Assembly: GCA_977862235.1 (NCBI GenBank)
Contig: OZ374562.1
Location: 682,001-746,000, forward strand
DNA length: 64,000 bases
From: Dudresnaya verticillata
Taxonomy: Eukaryota
Reading direction: 5' to 3'
Position numbers and translations under genes: made by a program. Numbering within the stretch: the stretch's first letter is position 1; every line of letters starts with the position of its first letter. Under the pieces are notes generated by a model. It searched no databases, was not told the DNA's origin, and saw nothing but the letters and a program-made list of their open reading frames with translations. Shown piece by piece: positions 23,284-35,379 of the stretch.

Positions 23284-26200
23284 TTACGGTGAGCGACGTG
23301 TTGGATTAGCACTTCGCCGTAGCTTACCCTTAGCGGATGTCTTTTTCTTTTGCTTCCAATACCGGTAGATGAAAATTTGCCGCAACTCCTCAGCGGGCTC
23401 AAAAGTGTCCTGATCCGGAGGGTATCCATACCAGCCGACTTTATATGTCATCCCAGTGGGTTCGTCGCAGTGACCGACAATCTTGTTGATCACATATTCC
23501 GTATCGGTTTGCAATGGTTCCGTCGCGGCAGGAGCAATTCCTTCTGAATGAGGTAATGCAGTAGTACCTTCTGGAGGTGGTCCTACTTCTCCGTAGACGG
23601 TTGAGGGTGTGACAGGCGGCACCACTACAGGTGTCGGTTGAACAGCGACTCCGATCGGAACTTTCGTAATACGATCGATACTGACGGGGATTAATACCCC
23701 TTCCTTGCGGATTGTAACCACATTTTCCGTTGCGGATTCCACTTCATAAGGCCCCGTGGCTCTCGGAAGGATTTTTTTCATTGCCCGAGCCACCTCGCCC
23801 ACGTCATCCGGTTTGCCTTCCAATCGGTCCCGTTCACGGCGTTCGGCAGGCCGCAAGTTATGGGGCGGCCGGTCAACATACACTTGATCTCCGCTACGGA
23901 TTATGGGCCTAAAGCGCACCTTACGGTCGAACAGTGCCTTGGCTTTTTTCTGAGCCACTGTCTGCTTCGTGCGCGCTGTCTGGAGCGCATACCGTAAACG
24001 GCGCATGGTGCTCCGCTTCTGTAGCACCGGGGTCATACGCCCTTCCGTAACAGTTTCTTGATACTCGACAGGAGCCCCTCGTACAACAATGTCCGATGGG
24101 TGGCGTGTCAGCACCAAATCAAATAGCGTTGTTTCCGTAATACGGTGTACCTGCATGTTGTACGCATAGTATACGTATTACGTCAACGGTTGTAGGTACA
24201 GATCCCAATCGGAGTGATGATCCTCAACGTAATGGCGCAAACGCTGGTCGATTGTCTTATTAAATCGCTCAACTTGCCCATTTGCCTGCGGATGGTAGGC
24301 AGCGGTGAGTAGTTGCCTGACTCCGAGTACGGAACACACCGCAGCAAAGAACTTAGCAGTAAACTGCAGTCCGTTATCGGTTAGGACAAATTGGGGTGCG
24401 CCATAGGCCTACACCCAAAAACCCAAGAAGGCGTTAGCCACCACAACGGCTGTTGTTGTCCATAACGGAACGCAGCGCGTGAGCTTAGAGAAACGATCGG
24501 TTATTACCAAAACGTAGACATAACCCCGTTTTGTCTTCGGAAGTGTCCCGAGGATGTCGATAGCGACAAACCCCAAAGGTCCGCCAGTGGGGAAACGTTT
24601 CATAAACCTTGGATTCCGAAAGCGGGTTCCCTTCGTCTTGACGCAGGAGCGACATGTCCGAACGGATTCAAATAAATCGTTGGCCATATGAGGCCAGTAA
24701 TAATCCTGTCGGAGTGTATAATACATCTTAATTCCGCGTGGGTGACCCGACATCAGGGTGTAGTGGGATAAATACAATACCCGTCCACGGAGTTCGCTTG
24801 GCACACTTCTGCAGAGCACCATCCAATTGGGACTTGCGTACCAAGAATCCGTTTCGGTCATAGTCAAATTGAGATCCAGGGGAGCCTACCGTATCGGATT
24901 TGAGACGACAGAAAGGGTCCCGGGCTTGCGCTTCGAGGAACTCCTCCCTGGTTATTGTCTCATCCTTAACGACGGATTCTTGGATTACAGTAAACCGTGA
25001 CGGCATTGCGTCGGGCTTCTCAGGGGAGGCGGATGCACTTCCACTGGCGGGCTCCACGGCGCATATTACGTTACTTTCCGTAGCGGTTTCTTGCGATGTG
25101 GCCCAATCGGTTAAATAAACTCCATGCTCATATAATCCGTCGACGGTACTTTCGGCGACAAAGCAAGGTATCTCTTCATCCAAAGGTCTATCGTCACCGC
25201 CATCCGTTCGGAGTCGTGAAATCCCATCGGTGAGTTGATGCTTAATTCCTGGACGGTATGGCACCTCAAATTCAAATTCCGATAGGCGGAGCCTCCATCT
25301 GGCCAAGCGGCCAGATGAGTCTGCGAGGTTCAGGATCCATTGCAGAGTATCGTGATCCGTTAGGAGAATAAAGTTGTCACCGTAAAGGTATGGTCGGAGT
25401 GTCAACATGCTCCAGACCACGGCTAAGCATTCTTTTTCGGTTGTAGTATAATATTCCTCCGCATCGGTGAGGCTCCGGCTCCAGTATCCAATAGGGAGGT
25501 GATCGGCATTCTGTTGTTCCTGCAGAAGGACACAGCCGACTTGATGGTCACATGCGCCAGTGTCCAACGTATATTTATATCCGTGACGGGGTAGAGCCAA
25601 TATAGGTGGAGAGATAAGGCCTCTCTTCAGTTCCTCGGAGGCTTCGTATTCCGTATCGAATAATATACCAAACTCAAAGGGTGAGCCCTTGCCGGTTTTC
25701 TTATTCAGCGGCGCTGAAATCCGAGCGAAGTTGGGTACAAAGCGACGATACACGTTGCACATTCCCAAGAAGGATCGTAACTCCGTTTGGTTAGTCGGCG
25801 GCTCGCGACCTTAACGGATTGGATATTCCGATTATCCCCTTCTAATTTTCCGGGACGAATAACATGCCCCAGGTATTGTACAGACGCGTTGAAGAAGTCA
25901 CACTTTGACAACTTCAACGTTACCCCATCGGATCGTAAAAGCGTAAGGACTTCCTTTAGGTGGTGGTGGTGGAAGTGTTCCGTAACGGTTTTTGAGTAGA
26001 CAATTACATCGTCTAGGTAGACGAGGGCAAATTTCCGTTTAACCGTAGAAAGGATTATGTCCACTGCCCGTTGAAAGGTTGCCGGTGCATTCTTCAATCC
26101 GAATGGCATTCTCCGAAACCGCATAAGCCAAAATTCGTAGTGAAGGTAGTTTTATCCCTTTCCTCTTCCGGAATCTCGACTTGCCAATATCCGCTATTGC

Positions 26201-27630
26201 AATCCAGAGTGGTGAATACAGTAGCTTCCCCAAGGGAATCTATGCACTCATCCATCCTGGGCAAGGGGTATGAGTCCCTAACCGTTACGGAATTGAGCCT
26301 TCTATAGTCAACACAGAACCGCATGGTGCCGTCCTTTTTTGGAACGAAAACCACGGGACTGGTCCACTCCGATGAGGCTGGCTCAATTGCCTTAGCGGAA
26401 AGCATGCGATCGATCTCTGTCTTTTCGAGATCTCGGTGCTTATGTCCGACACGGTATGGGGCTTGATATTCTGGCTTCGCTCCGGGAGTTAACTCGATGC
26501 GGTGCTTGGCAGCTGTAATGTTGCCAAGATCGCCACTCCACATTGACTTGTATTCCTCGAGTAGGGTTAAAATCCGTTTACGGAGCGAGGCTTCTTCTGT
26601 AATCTGGACTTGATCCTTCCAGTCGGTAGTATTTGTAGTTTCCGTTACAGGTTTGCTTGCTTCATTGTCGTGGGGGATATGCTGGAGGCCTTTTCGGAGG
26701 TAAGGTTAGAATTAAATGATTGAATAATTCCTCCCTCTCCTTAAATGGATGTATACCGTCAACGGTAAAATAGCAGAAGGGGCAACAGGAGCCAGACCCA
26801 CGACAGTAGATTTGGGCAACCGTACCGGCTTGTTAGAAAAATTAGAGACCCAGATCCGAAACAGTTTGTTAGGTACAACATCCATAATACCATTAGCCGT
26901 TAACGTAAGCTGCTTAAAAGGGGGCTTAGGATGATTTTGTAGAAAGCATAACCCACCCGTGAGGTATTAACCGTTACGGAGGTTTGAGTCATAGGGGAAT
27001 AAGGGTAGATCTTGCTGAACGAATTTTTTGAGAAACCGTAGCGATGGATAAAGATGAGGGCTGTAGGGTTGCGGCGGTACCCGTCTTCGGAATTTTGGCT
27101 TGACCAACAAGAGATACCGGGGGGTAATGGTGAAAAACAACTTTCCGTAACGGGGGAAGGATGTCCTTCACATAGCGGGCGATGAAAGTAGTTCCCAAAA
27201 TACACGGAGCAGCTAAGTTCGCGACCACGAGGAAGTGGACGTGAGCACGGAGCTCTCCGATGCGGACGAAAAGGTGGATCTGACCAAGGGGGCGGATAGC
27301 GCGATTAGATGCATCCCGTAGCGGAGGACTGGTGGCGGGGCAAATGAGGGGTAGCCATTGACGGGGAACTCGCCTGGCACTAATGACATTTGGCCCCGCG
27401 CCACAGTCCAATACGGAGATTATAGGAAGCATCACGCTATCTGTCCGTCCCACGGTAATTCGAATCTTATAATTTTGTTGTTGCATAACACATATAGGAT
27501 CATTGGTGTGAAAAGCCGATGGGAGTTCCGTAACGGTATCTCGCCGATCCCCGGGCGAGTCCACGCTCACGAGAGGTGGAAAGCCGTGAGGCGGGGATGG
27601 CGGCGTCCCTACGCGTCCCCCCTTGCGTTT
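23284..27630 (-). pseudogene. pol: Gypsy-1 pol (protease, RT, RNase H, integrase, chromodomain), frameshifted
   Basis: LDCGAG protease; RFCVDYRRLN, MPFGLKNAPATFQR, YLDD; RNase H TGACDHQVGCVL/EKECLAVVW/RLARWRLRL; integrase GHPRG..CRSC, IDILG, TDNG, GQVERFN; chromodomain YKVGWYGYPPDQDTFEP. Confidence 0.95.
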
Positions 27631-30077
27631 TCCGAAATCAAGGGTGCACCAGTCGGATCCGCCTCCATGGGCTCGCGCAATTCCGCGTAGTCCACTCCGC
27701 CATGGTCCTCTACCGATAATATCGGGGAATTCGGAGGCAGAGGGGGTGTTTGCGGCTTGCCCCGATTCCCTTGCGGATTCGAACTGGTTCCCACGACAAA
27801 CCTGCGGCCTACAGGGTAGTGCCTCTGGACGTTGCGCTCACGCTCTTCCATGAACTTAACCCGATGTCGTTTATCGTCGTTTATCCACGGTAAAACGACA
27901 TGTTCTGCGGAAAGACAGATGCGGCAATTGCCACTTCCGTAAAGGTGTCGGACCCGAGGATCCGATTCATCCCGTAGCGGAGGTGCTGGTTGTTGCTGTC
28001 CTCGCCCATCGTGTGCATTATTTCCGTAACGGTGACTCGGCTGCTGTTGGGGACCAGGCGCCGGGCGAGATCCACCATAGGGGGACCTTGCGCGCGTATC
28101 ATCCTGGGCGGTGTAGGGTGAACGCGTTGCGGGGGTGAAGAGTATGGAGTTGAAAAGGTAACCCCCGTACTTGTTCCCATAGCGGCACCGTGGCCTCCCT
28201 CGCGTTCTAGTACTTGATTATCCGTAGGGGAAAGATTCCCTTGCGACTCATAGTGTACATCCGATATGGAATCCAGCGATAACACCTTAGACGGGCGCGC
28301 TTTAGTGCGCCCATCAAAGACGTGAGCTGGAACGGTTTGGCCTCGAGCTGCCCGATGGGACTGACCCAGGCCAGTTGCATAGCGAGTGATGGCCTGGTAA
28401 TCCAGCTGGGAATGCGTTGCAAGATAGTTTCGCATCTGTTTACGCGTCCCAGGTAGGAGCCCCTCGACGAACAGTGACTTCAATGCCCGATCGGAAAATA
28501 CAGTACCGCAGCTGAGAGCCTTTGCCCAGAGTTGTTTAGAGAACTGCTCTTCCGTCATGGCGGATGTTTGCCTGAAATTGCTGACATCCGTATAGGCTTC
28601 AGCGATCACTTCATCCGTAGCGTAAGTCCTCATTAGGAAATTCACCACCTCGGAGTAAGAGCGGAGTATCTCAGCCTGCTCCACGTCGACCGCCATGGTA
28701 CCTCCAGCAAGCCTAGCCTGTAGAAGGGCTTCGGAATTTCCTTTTAGGAAAAACTGGAAGCACCAGACGGCAACCCCTTCGGCGATGCCATTGATATTAC
28801 AACCGTCACGGAACTTGGCGAGAAATCCCAAGACGGTAATAGGGTCCGTCCCATCGAATGTATGCGACGACATCTGGACGTCTATTTTCTTCCGTATACG
28901 GCTCATGCTCTGTGAGAACTTAGAGCCGTACGTCTTACTCCTCTTATCCAATCGGTAGGTGCGGTAGTCCAGCGCCTTGACAAATGTTTCATGTAGCGGC
29001 CGGATTACCTTCTCCTTTCCTGATTTGGCACCGTGTTTTCTGGCCCGGTGCCTGTTCTCTATATCCTTTACGGAAGAACTCTCTGAGTCATAATCCGTAG
29101 AGGAAGAGGAGTCATGCCTTTTTTTGCGTTTCCGCGATCTTCTGTTTCTCCGTTTCCGCGAGCGGTGTTGGCTATCTTCTGAGCTTGTCTCATTAGATTC
29201 CATACCGGATTGGTGGCGTCGTCGCTGAGTGTGGTCGCCCATGTACGACCTACGGGGCGGGTCAGAGCGGGAGTGTCGGGCATCTCGATTATGCCGACCT
29301 CGACCGGTCCTCCGACTCGGATGGGCTGAGCTGGACGCATCACTGAGATGGTAGCTGCCTCCACCTGATCGAACCGGAACGGTATAGCGTCCTGGCGTAT
29401 GCACATCTGCGTATCCAGGAGAATACTGTAACGGTGGCTGAGTGTGTGTTGGTCCCGTAGGGGCGTATTGATGTTGAGAATCCGTTATGGGAGCCGGTGG
29501 CAGTGGCTCAGAGGGTACTGTACCCGTCTGCAATCCCACAACGGGGGGTTGTTGCGGCTGCTGCGTTCTTTCCTCGACCGGGAAGTCATTCCGTAACGGT
29601 GGTTGCTCAGTAAAAGCTTCCGTAGCGGGAGGCCTTTCCATGCCGGGAATAATCTGGCTCTCGAGCTCGGCGGCCACCTTTTCCTGTAGGATCAAAGCTT
29701 GCACTATTCGAGGAAGGTGCTGCTCCAGATAGGAACTAACCAAAGACGGAACAGTTTCCGAGAGGATATCGCCACTTCTTTTACCATTACAGGTTGTACT
29801 TCCAATCGGAGATGCTATAAAACCCTAGGAAGGACCTCCTACAGGACCCAGTGGACCCGATGGGATTCCGGCTTGGGTTGCGGAGCTGCCTTCTTCGAGG
29901 CGTCTGATCCGACACGGAAACGCGGAGCTTTACCAGCAGCACCCTCAAGGATGTCTTCCGGTTCTCCACTCCGGAACGGATTTCACCTCCTTCACTGCGC
30001 AGACTGCGCGCAGCGGGGGTAGTGTCACCCCCTTTTGGTTCCGTAACGGGAGGGTCCTTGTGTTCTTCTTTTTGCAT
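27609..30077 (-). pseudogene. gag: Gypsy-1 gag, frameshifted
   Basis: ORF 27881-29743 has FDGTDPITVLGFL...SYSEVVNFLMRTYAT, homologous to the gag at 60011; flanking ORFs 27609-27851 and 29787-30077 extend it. Confidence 0.85.
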
Positions 30078-30203
30078 GATACCTTAACGGAACACAACGA
30101 TTGTTCTTGCTTGTGTATCCAATATTCCGTAACGAGTTGTCGGTACAGCCGAAGTCCTACCGTAGCGGATTTCGACGGCTGTTTCTTCCAACCATGACGG
30201 TAT

Positions 30204-30220
30204 TCTAGGTCGGGAGACCA
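30204..30220 (-). promoter_or_regulatory. Primer-binding site of Gypsy-1 (probably tRNA-Tyr)
   Basis: Minus strand TGGTCTCCCGACCTAGA just after the LTR end; identical to the PBS at 59908. Confidence 0.8.
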
Positions 30221-30225
30221 AAAGG

Positions 30226-30932
30226 TGTGGTGTAGTGAAAACCCACGAACTCCGTAACGGACAGCTGGCCTGACGTTCCTACACGGGACGAAAGCGACAC
30301 TACCTCCACGGGTTGGTAGAGCAGTTCGCACCGAGACGGGAGAACAGCGAGCGGCTAACCGAAACGGATATTGGGAAGCAACAGACAAAGGGTGGTACAA
30401 GTGCCGAGACGGACCCCGTAACGGTGGTGGTGGTAGACCGCAACGGGCTCGGCGCGGTGAAAACCGTAAAGGAAAGAGCTACAGTGGGATTGAGGCTCAA
30501 GGGTTGCTTGCCCGTTTACCCTAGGATCCGCTGCCGTGCCGCTCTGATATACAATTCAGGGTGGCACCGAGCGGTCCGGTCCGTGGGGGCCAGACCCTAG
30601 TGGTCTGGTCCTATGGTGGAATCGGCCCTGCTGGTCCCAATCTCCGACACAGACATGCGCATAAATCCCATTGGCTGGCGCACTACTCTACAGACTGTAC
30701 AGGTACGCACTAAAAATAAAGAATAAATACCACAAATACTCCGCTACGGTTGATGCGCTCCACTTACAGTACAGCGATGCGTACCAGTGCACAGTAATGC
30801 GCACACAACCGACACGGCTACACGTTGCCAGATCATCAGCGTGGCGTATTGCCACATCATCGGTTACGGTTGGGTCGCCGTCAGTGCGCCGCATGCGTAC
30901 GCCGCATACGCGCCACGGCTCACTTCACCACA
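30226..30932 (-). repeat. 5' LTR of Gypsy-1 (707 bp)
   Basis: TGTGGTG...CACCACA ends; direct-repeat homology to the 3' LTR. Confidence 0.93.
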
Positions 30933-31250
30933 TTAATGGAGATGCTGTGATAGTATAGAAGCGTACATAAATCCTATAAGAGAGCGCACTCTACATGTAT
31001 ATGGCCTACCGGCCGTGTAGACAGATGCGGTGATGGACATGTGACGGATGTGTGGCAGGACGTTTGACACATCTCGGCCGCGCTGCGGTTTGGATCTTCT
31101 GTGGCTGCCCTTGACATCTAGGTCTCCTCCTGTTCCGATGTACGCATTTAAATGAGCAACGAATGATCGGAAGGGCTTCCTTGCTCCCACAGAACGTACG
31201 GGGGAGCGAGGACAGAAATGTCCAAAGGCTTTTCGCCTTCTCATTGGTCC

Positions 31251-31335
31251 GAAGGGTTGGAGTGCCGCCATAATATGGCGGCACTGCAACCATAATGGCG
31301 ACACTGTCGCCACTATGGCGGCACTGCAACCCTTC
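31251..31335. repeat. Nested inverted repeat (cruciform-capable)
   Basis: GAAGGGTTGGAGTGCCGCCATA (31251-31272) pairs 21/22 with TATGGCGGCACTGCAACCCTTC (31314-31335); an internal partial copy lies at 31274-31291. Confidence 0.85.
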
Positions 31336-31387
31336 TATCCAATAAAATTATGCCAAATCATTTTACTCTGGGAACGCTACGAATAGA

Positions 31388-33293
31388 ATGGATTGCAAAG
31401 GTTCGCACGCAGAGTCAACTTATGTGTACTCTCCGTACCCATGCGTGCGTCTGTGTGTTCCACTATTCATACTTCTAGCCAGGGTTCGGCGCAAATCTCC
31501 GCATTCAGGGCGATCTACTTTGTTCCAGGCGGGTTTCGAGAATATGGGAGGCAGTACCGCCAGCTGTGCCCAGTTTCTTTCCACAAATGCGGAGGGGCAA
31601 GAGGTCGAGTATATCACTGCTGGCCTGAACTCAATTGTCCAAATGGTCGCCGTTATCGAGGGGTACGCGAGGACACAAACCTCCCTCCGAACGCTCACCG
31701 TAGGTGTGTATGTGTGTTGTACAGTGGACGGTCAAGGTAGAAGGGCATTTACACTAAGTGTTCCTGAGCTTCCCAATGCTAATTCCTCAAGTGTACCATT
31801 TCGCACCCCTTCATCGGTACCAACGGCCGTGGAACCTCCACGATCAGCCGCGGAGGATCGCTCGCTTCCCAGGACACCCGCTTCATCCATCCGGGCACCT
31901 GTCCCGGGTACGGCTCCCTCCATACGTCTCGTGTCAACGATACCAACGTTTCCTACGACACAGCCTGACTGACGCGCACCGACCAGAGATGCAATCTCCC
32001 GTTACACCGGCCACCATGTTTCCGGAAGGTGGTGTTGAGGACATAAATGTCTCAAGATGTACAAACAGTATATCTGGTCAACTCGTTCGGACGGGGTGGG
32101 GGCCCAATTTCATTCCCCACGGAAGCTGTGAAACGGTCAAGGTTGGGAAACAAGCCCCTGGAATGAGCTTCTTTTGCATTCCTCCCAAGGCTGTTGCTAG
32201 ATGTATGTCATTTCTTCTGGATGCAAGCTTCGAAACCCGACACACAACCTCTTCAAATGTTCGAAACATTGGTTCTGTTAATGGGCGTAGAGCTATTGCT
32301 TTATTGAATGTCATCTACAAGCGGTAGACAGGAACACGGCGAATGCGCTATACTTCGCTAGTTCCTAAGGATGTATGGGGTCATGATATACACATTCCAG
32401 ACGTACGCCTGGTAAAGGGTCCAAGAGGTTCCAGATTTTCCTGCAAACGATTATTTCGTGTGAGCGCTGATATTGGGAAGCCGATTAGCAATGGGAAGGT
32501 GATGAACGTTGGGATAATTGCGCTCATCCTCAACGATAAAAACCACTATAGTTGGGTCGAAGAAGAGCTCGAGAAATTCGCGAACGAGGGTTTGAATTCT
32601 ACTTGATGTCGGAAAACAGTAGCCTGTACCCCACACTGCAAAGAACTTCCGCTTCCATTGTGCATGGTGTTCAGCTCGCAAATAATCGATGATACTACAA
32701 GAATTGGGAAGGGGAGTTTGGACCCCTTCACATCGTGCTTGAAAGGGGTGCCTGTCCCGGAGCACAGTGCTGTCCTTAAGTTTCATAGTGTGGAGAACCC
32801 CAACGTTGTTAAGGAAACAGCATACAAGGGGCTCACGGTACAGCAATTATTGGACCGCCCAGTAATATGGAAGAAGAACGCGATAAGCCGGGTAATTGTG
32901 AACCATGACTTCCCAGATACCCAACATGACATAGGTACTGCCATTCTTGTGAACAAGAACGTGCATTTGGGTGGTGGAGGTGCTGCGCGGAACATGGACT
33001 TGTCTGCAGCTGTAGAATTATGTGATTTTAGGCCGTTCCGTTTTGGGACAGAAATGTCCCAAACACTTCGAATGGCTTTGGACAGCAGGTACACATTCCA
33101 AGAGTGGTGCAGTGCTGGAGAGCACGCCAGGAAGCTACGGAACCGGCATTTTAGCACGTTTCCAGAAATACCACGAGATATATGCCACAGTGTTGTTTTC
33201 CTGTGGGACGGTGGCCACAAAACTAACTCTTACCCAAGGCCGGGCTTAGTACGAAACAGTCTCGGCTTCGTTCGGAAACAACTCACCTTCTAG
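31388..33293 (+). pseudogene. Unknown protein gene, disrupted
   Basis: Consecutive + ORFs 31388-31972, 31758-32327, 32343-32606 and 32658-33293; the last three are in one frame, separated by single stops. Confidence 0.5.
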
Positions 33294-33469
33294 TAAATAG
33301 CTACTTGTACCGTGCTCTCTTTGAGGGTTGCCGGTTCTGAACTTCTCGTAAAGTTTCACGGGTTGAGCCTGCTTCCCCTGATACCACTTTTTATTCTATC
33401 ATTCTTTGCGGGAAATGAGTTCTCATTCTTTCTAGATAGTTTTTCATGTACTGTGTTGCGCGTGGGCAT

Positions 33470-34789
33470 ACTCGGATACGATCTGCAGTCAACCCCGAAG
33501 CCCATACACCTTCAAGGAACGTACATCAGGATAAGGCTACATAAACCATTCCAGCAGGTCTCCACGTATGGGACGTGAACCTGATGCAGACGTTTTGCAA
33601 GGTTAGTCCCTAGCACTTATGCTCGGTGACGGCGTATCCAACAAGCAGCGTGAACTGTTCCCGTTTTGCGAGGATGCGCGCATCCCTATTCCTGATGGCG
33701 AACATTTGGGGCTCAATATTATACTCCCTATCCGCGCCTTGCAGTTTGTATAGCACGGTACCTCCATTTCTACCTACTTCAATCCTGGATACTTCCATCG
33801 CTGTACCTGGTATATGGTTTCCAATTTTCCTGGTGAGCAGGACCACGGCACCGACTTTCAACTGTAGCACCTGAGGCGCGGAATTCTTGAGCTTGTCCTC
33901 GATGGTAGGCCACAAATGTCCCGAGCGTGATGCGTGTAGAGTTCCGTATCAATTTCTTCCACCCTGTCTCTGTTGTACTTCTCAACATCAACCTTGTGCA
34001 AGAACAACCCCGTATTTGTTCGGAATGGTTCTGGTCCTTTGCTTGTTTCGTTAATACGATCTATGTCCTCCTGTTTGAAGTTCCCGTTCCGGATGTGCTG
34101 CAGTATGTCTTAGAACTCGCGATCCGCAGACTGAAATTGGTTCCTTCCCAAGATTGTAACAATGCCAGTTCCGTACCCACTGAATGTCAAAACCCAAGGC
34201 CGTGACATGTGAACTGACCTGCTCTCCTGAGGCAGGGAACCCTCGGTGGCTATTGGACCGAGTTGAAACGGGTCTCCACACAGAACGACTTGGCGACCCC
34301 CAAAGGGCAACGCCGATGATATGTCTGAACAAGCGTATGTGCGTAGGACGCTGTCAATTGACTCCAGTATCTCTGAGGTCAGGAGGAAGACTTCATCAAT
34401 AACTAGGACCTTTATCTTGGCTATCTCCTCTCTTTTTCAAGCACGCCTTCCCACCTCTCGCACAACTTTCTCCTTCGTGACATTCCAGTTCGTAAAAATG
34501 TTGAAGAGGCTCTGTACTGTATTCCGTCCATGTGTATTGCGGTTTCATGATCGTTCGCACATGCCGCTACGGAAGGGAATTCTCCCAGATTTCTACGGGC
34601 GTATTGAAGGATTTGCTGCAACAAGTAAGACGTCCCACTTCCAGCTCCTCCCAACATGGCAATTGACTTCCCATTCTTGCATTCCTTCAGAGTTCGAAGC
34701 TGCGTAGGGTCCAATATGCAGGTTTGATAATCCATTTCCCCTCTGAGTGGAGCCTCTTCGAGTGTGGATATTCGGCGAGCGCCGACCAT
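33470..34789 (-). pseudogene. Pif1-family (SF1B) DNA helicase, disrupted
   Basis: Motif I GGAGSGTS (degenerate Walker A), LVIDEV, PFGGRQVVLCGDPFQLGPI, LQLKVGAVVLL, REQFTLLVGYAVTEHKC*G, GMVYVALS. Confidence 0.88.
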
Positions 34790-35379
34790 TCTTCTTCGAG
34801 TGTGAACTCCGGAAAGGGCTGCTAGGAGTACTCAGCTGAGTACACGAGGGGAAGCGGAATCCACGTAGTGGCTTCGAACGTCTCGTACGATAACTGTTTC
34901 GCTTGTTTGCTTTCGGCACTGTAATATGGAGGGAGCAGACGCAATGGCGCCCCTCACGTGATTTGGACACCCCCTTCTGGTTAATACCCAATCAGAGCGA
35001 GACATAACTATCCCACTCAGACTTCTGAGTAACAGTACCGATAGACAAGTAGTAATCAATCAACATTGAAGCAGAGACGTTGTACTGTATACAGTACAAC
35101 CTCTCTGCTTTCTTCGTAGTGCTGTATCGATCCACTAAGCTGTAACGGTCCACAAAGCGGACCATTTGTGACAATTGGATGTAACGTTTCAATTGTCGAC
35201 GCATATGCGTAAGCTAATGGATTGAAAGTCTCGGTTTGTTAACAGCTATAGTCAGAAGGGAAATTATATCGTCCCATAAAACATTCTTTCACTGCGCGCA
35301 CAGGCAGTATACCGCTACCTGCAACCGTTTCCATAACAAAGCTCCGCGCCTACTTGGGTGGTCTCATCGTTTACGCAAA

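Larger units (their letters stand above)
18649..30932 (-). mobile_element. Ty3/Gypsy chromodomain LTR retrotransposon (Gypsy-1), full length, decayed
   Basis: Two LTRs TGTGGTG...CACCACA; PBS; PPT; gag-PR-RT-RH-IN-chromodomain order; imperfect 5-bp TSD ATAAT/TTAAT. Confidence 0.95.

Noticed and set aside
33470..34789. Helitron call from the Pif1 helicase
   Set aside because: No HUH Rep domain is fused upstream, and no TC...hairpin-CTRR ends were identified.
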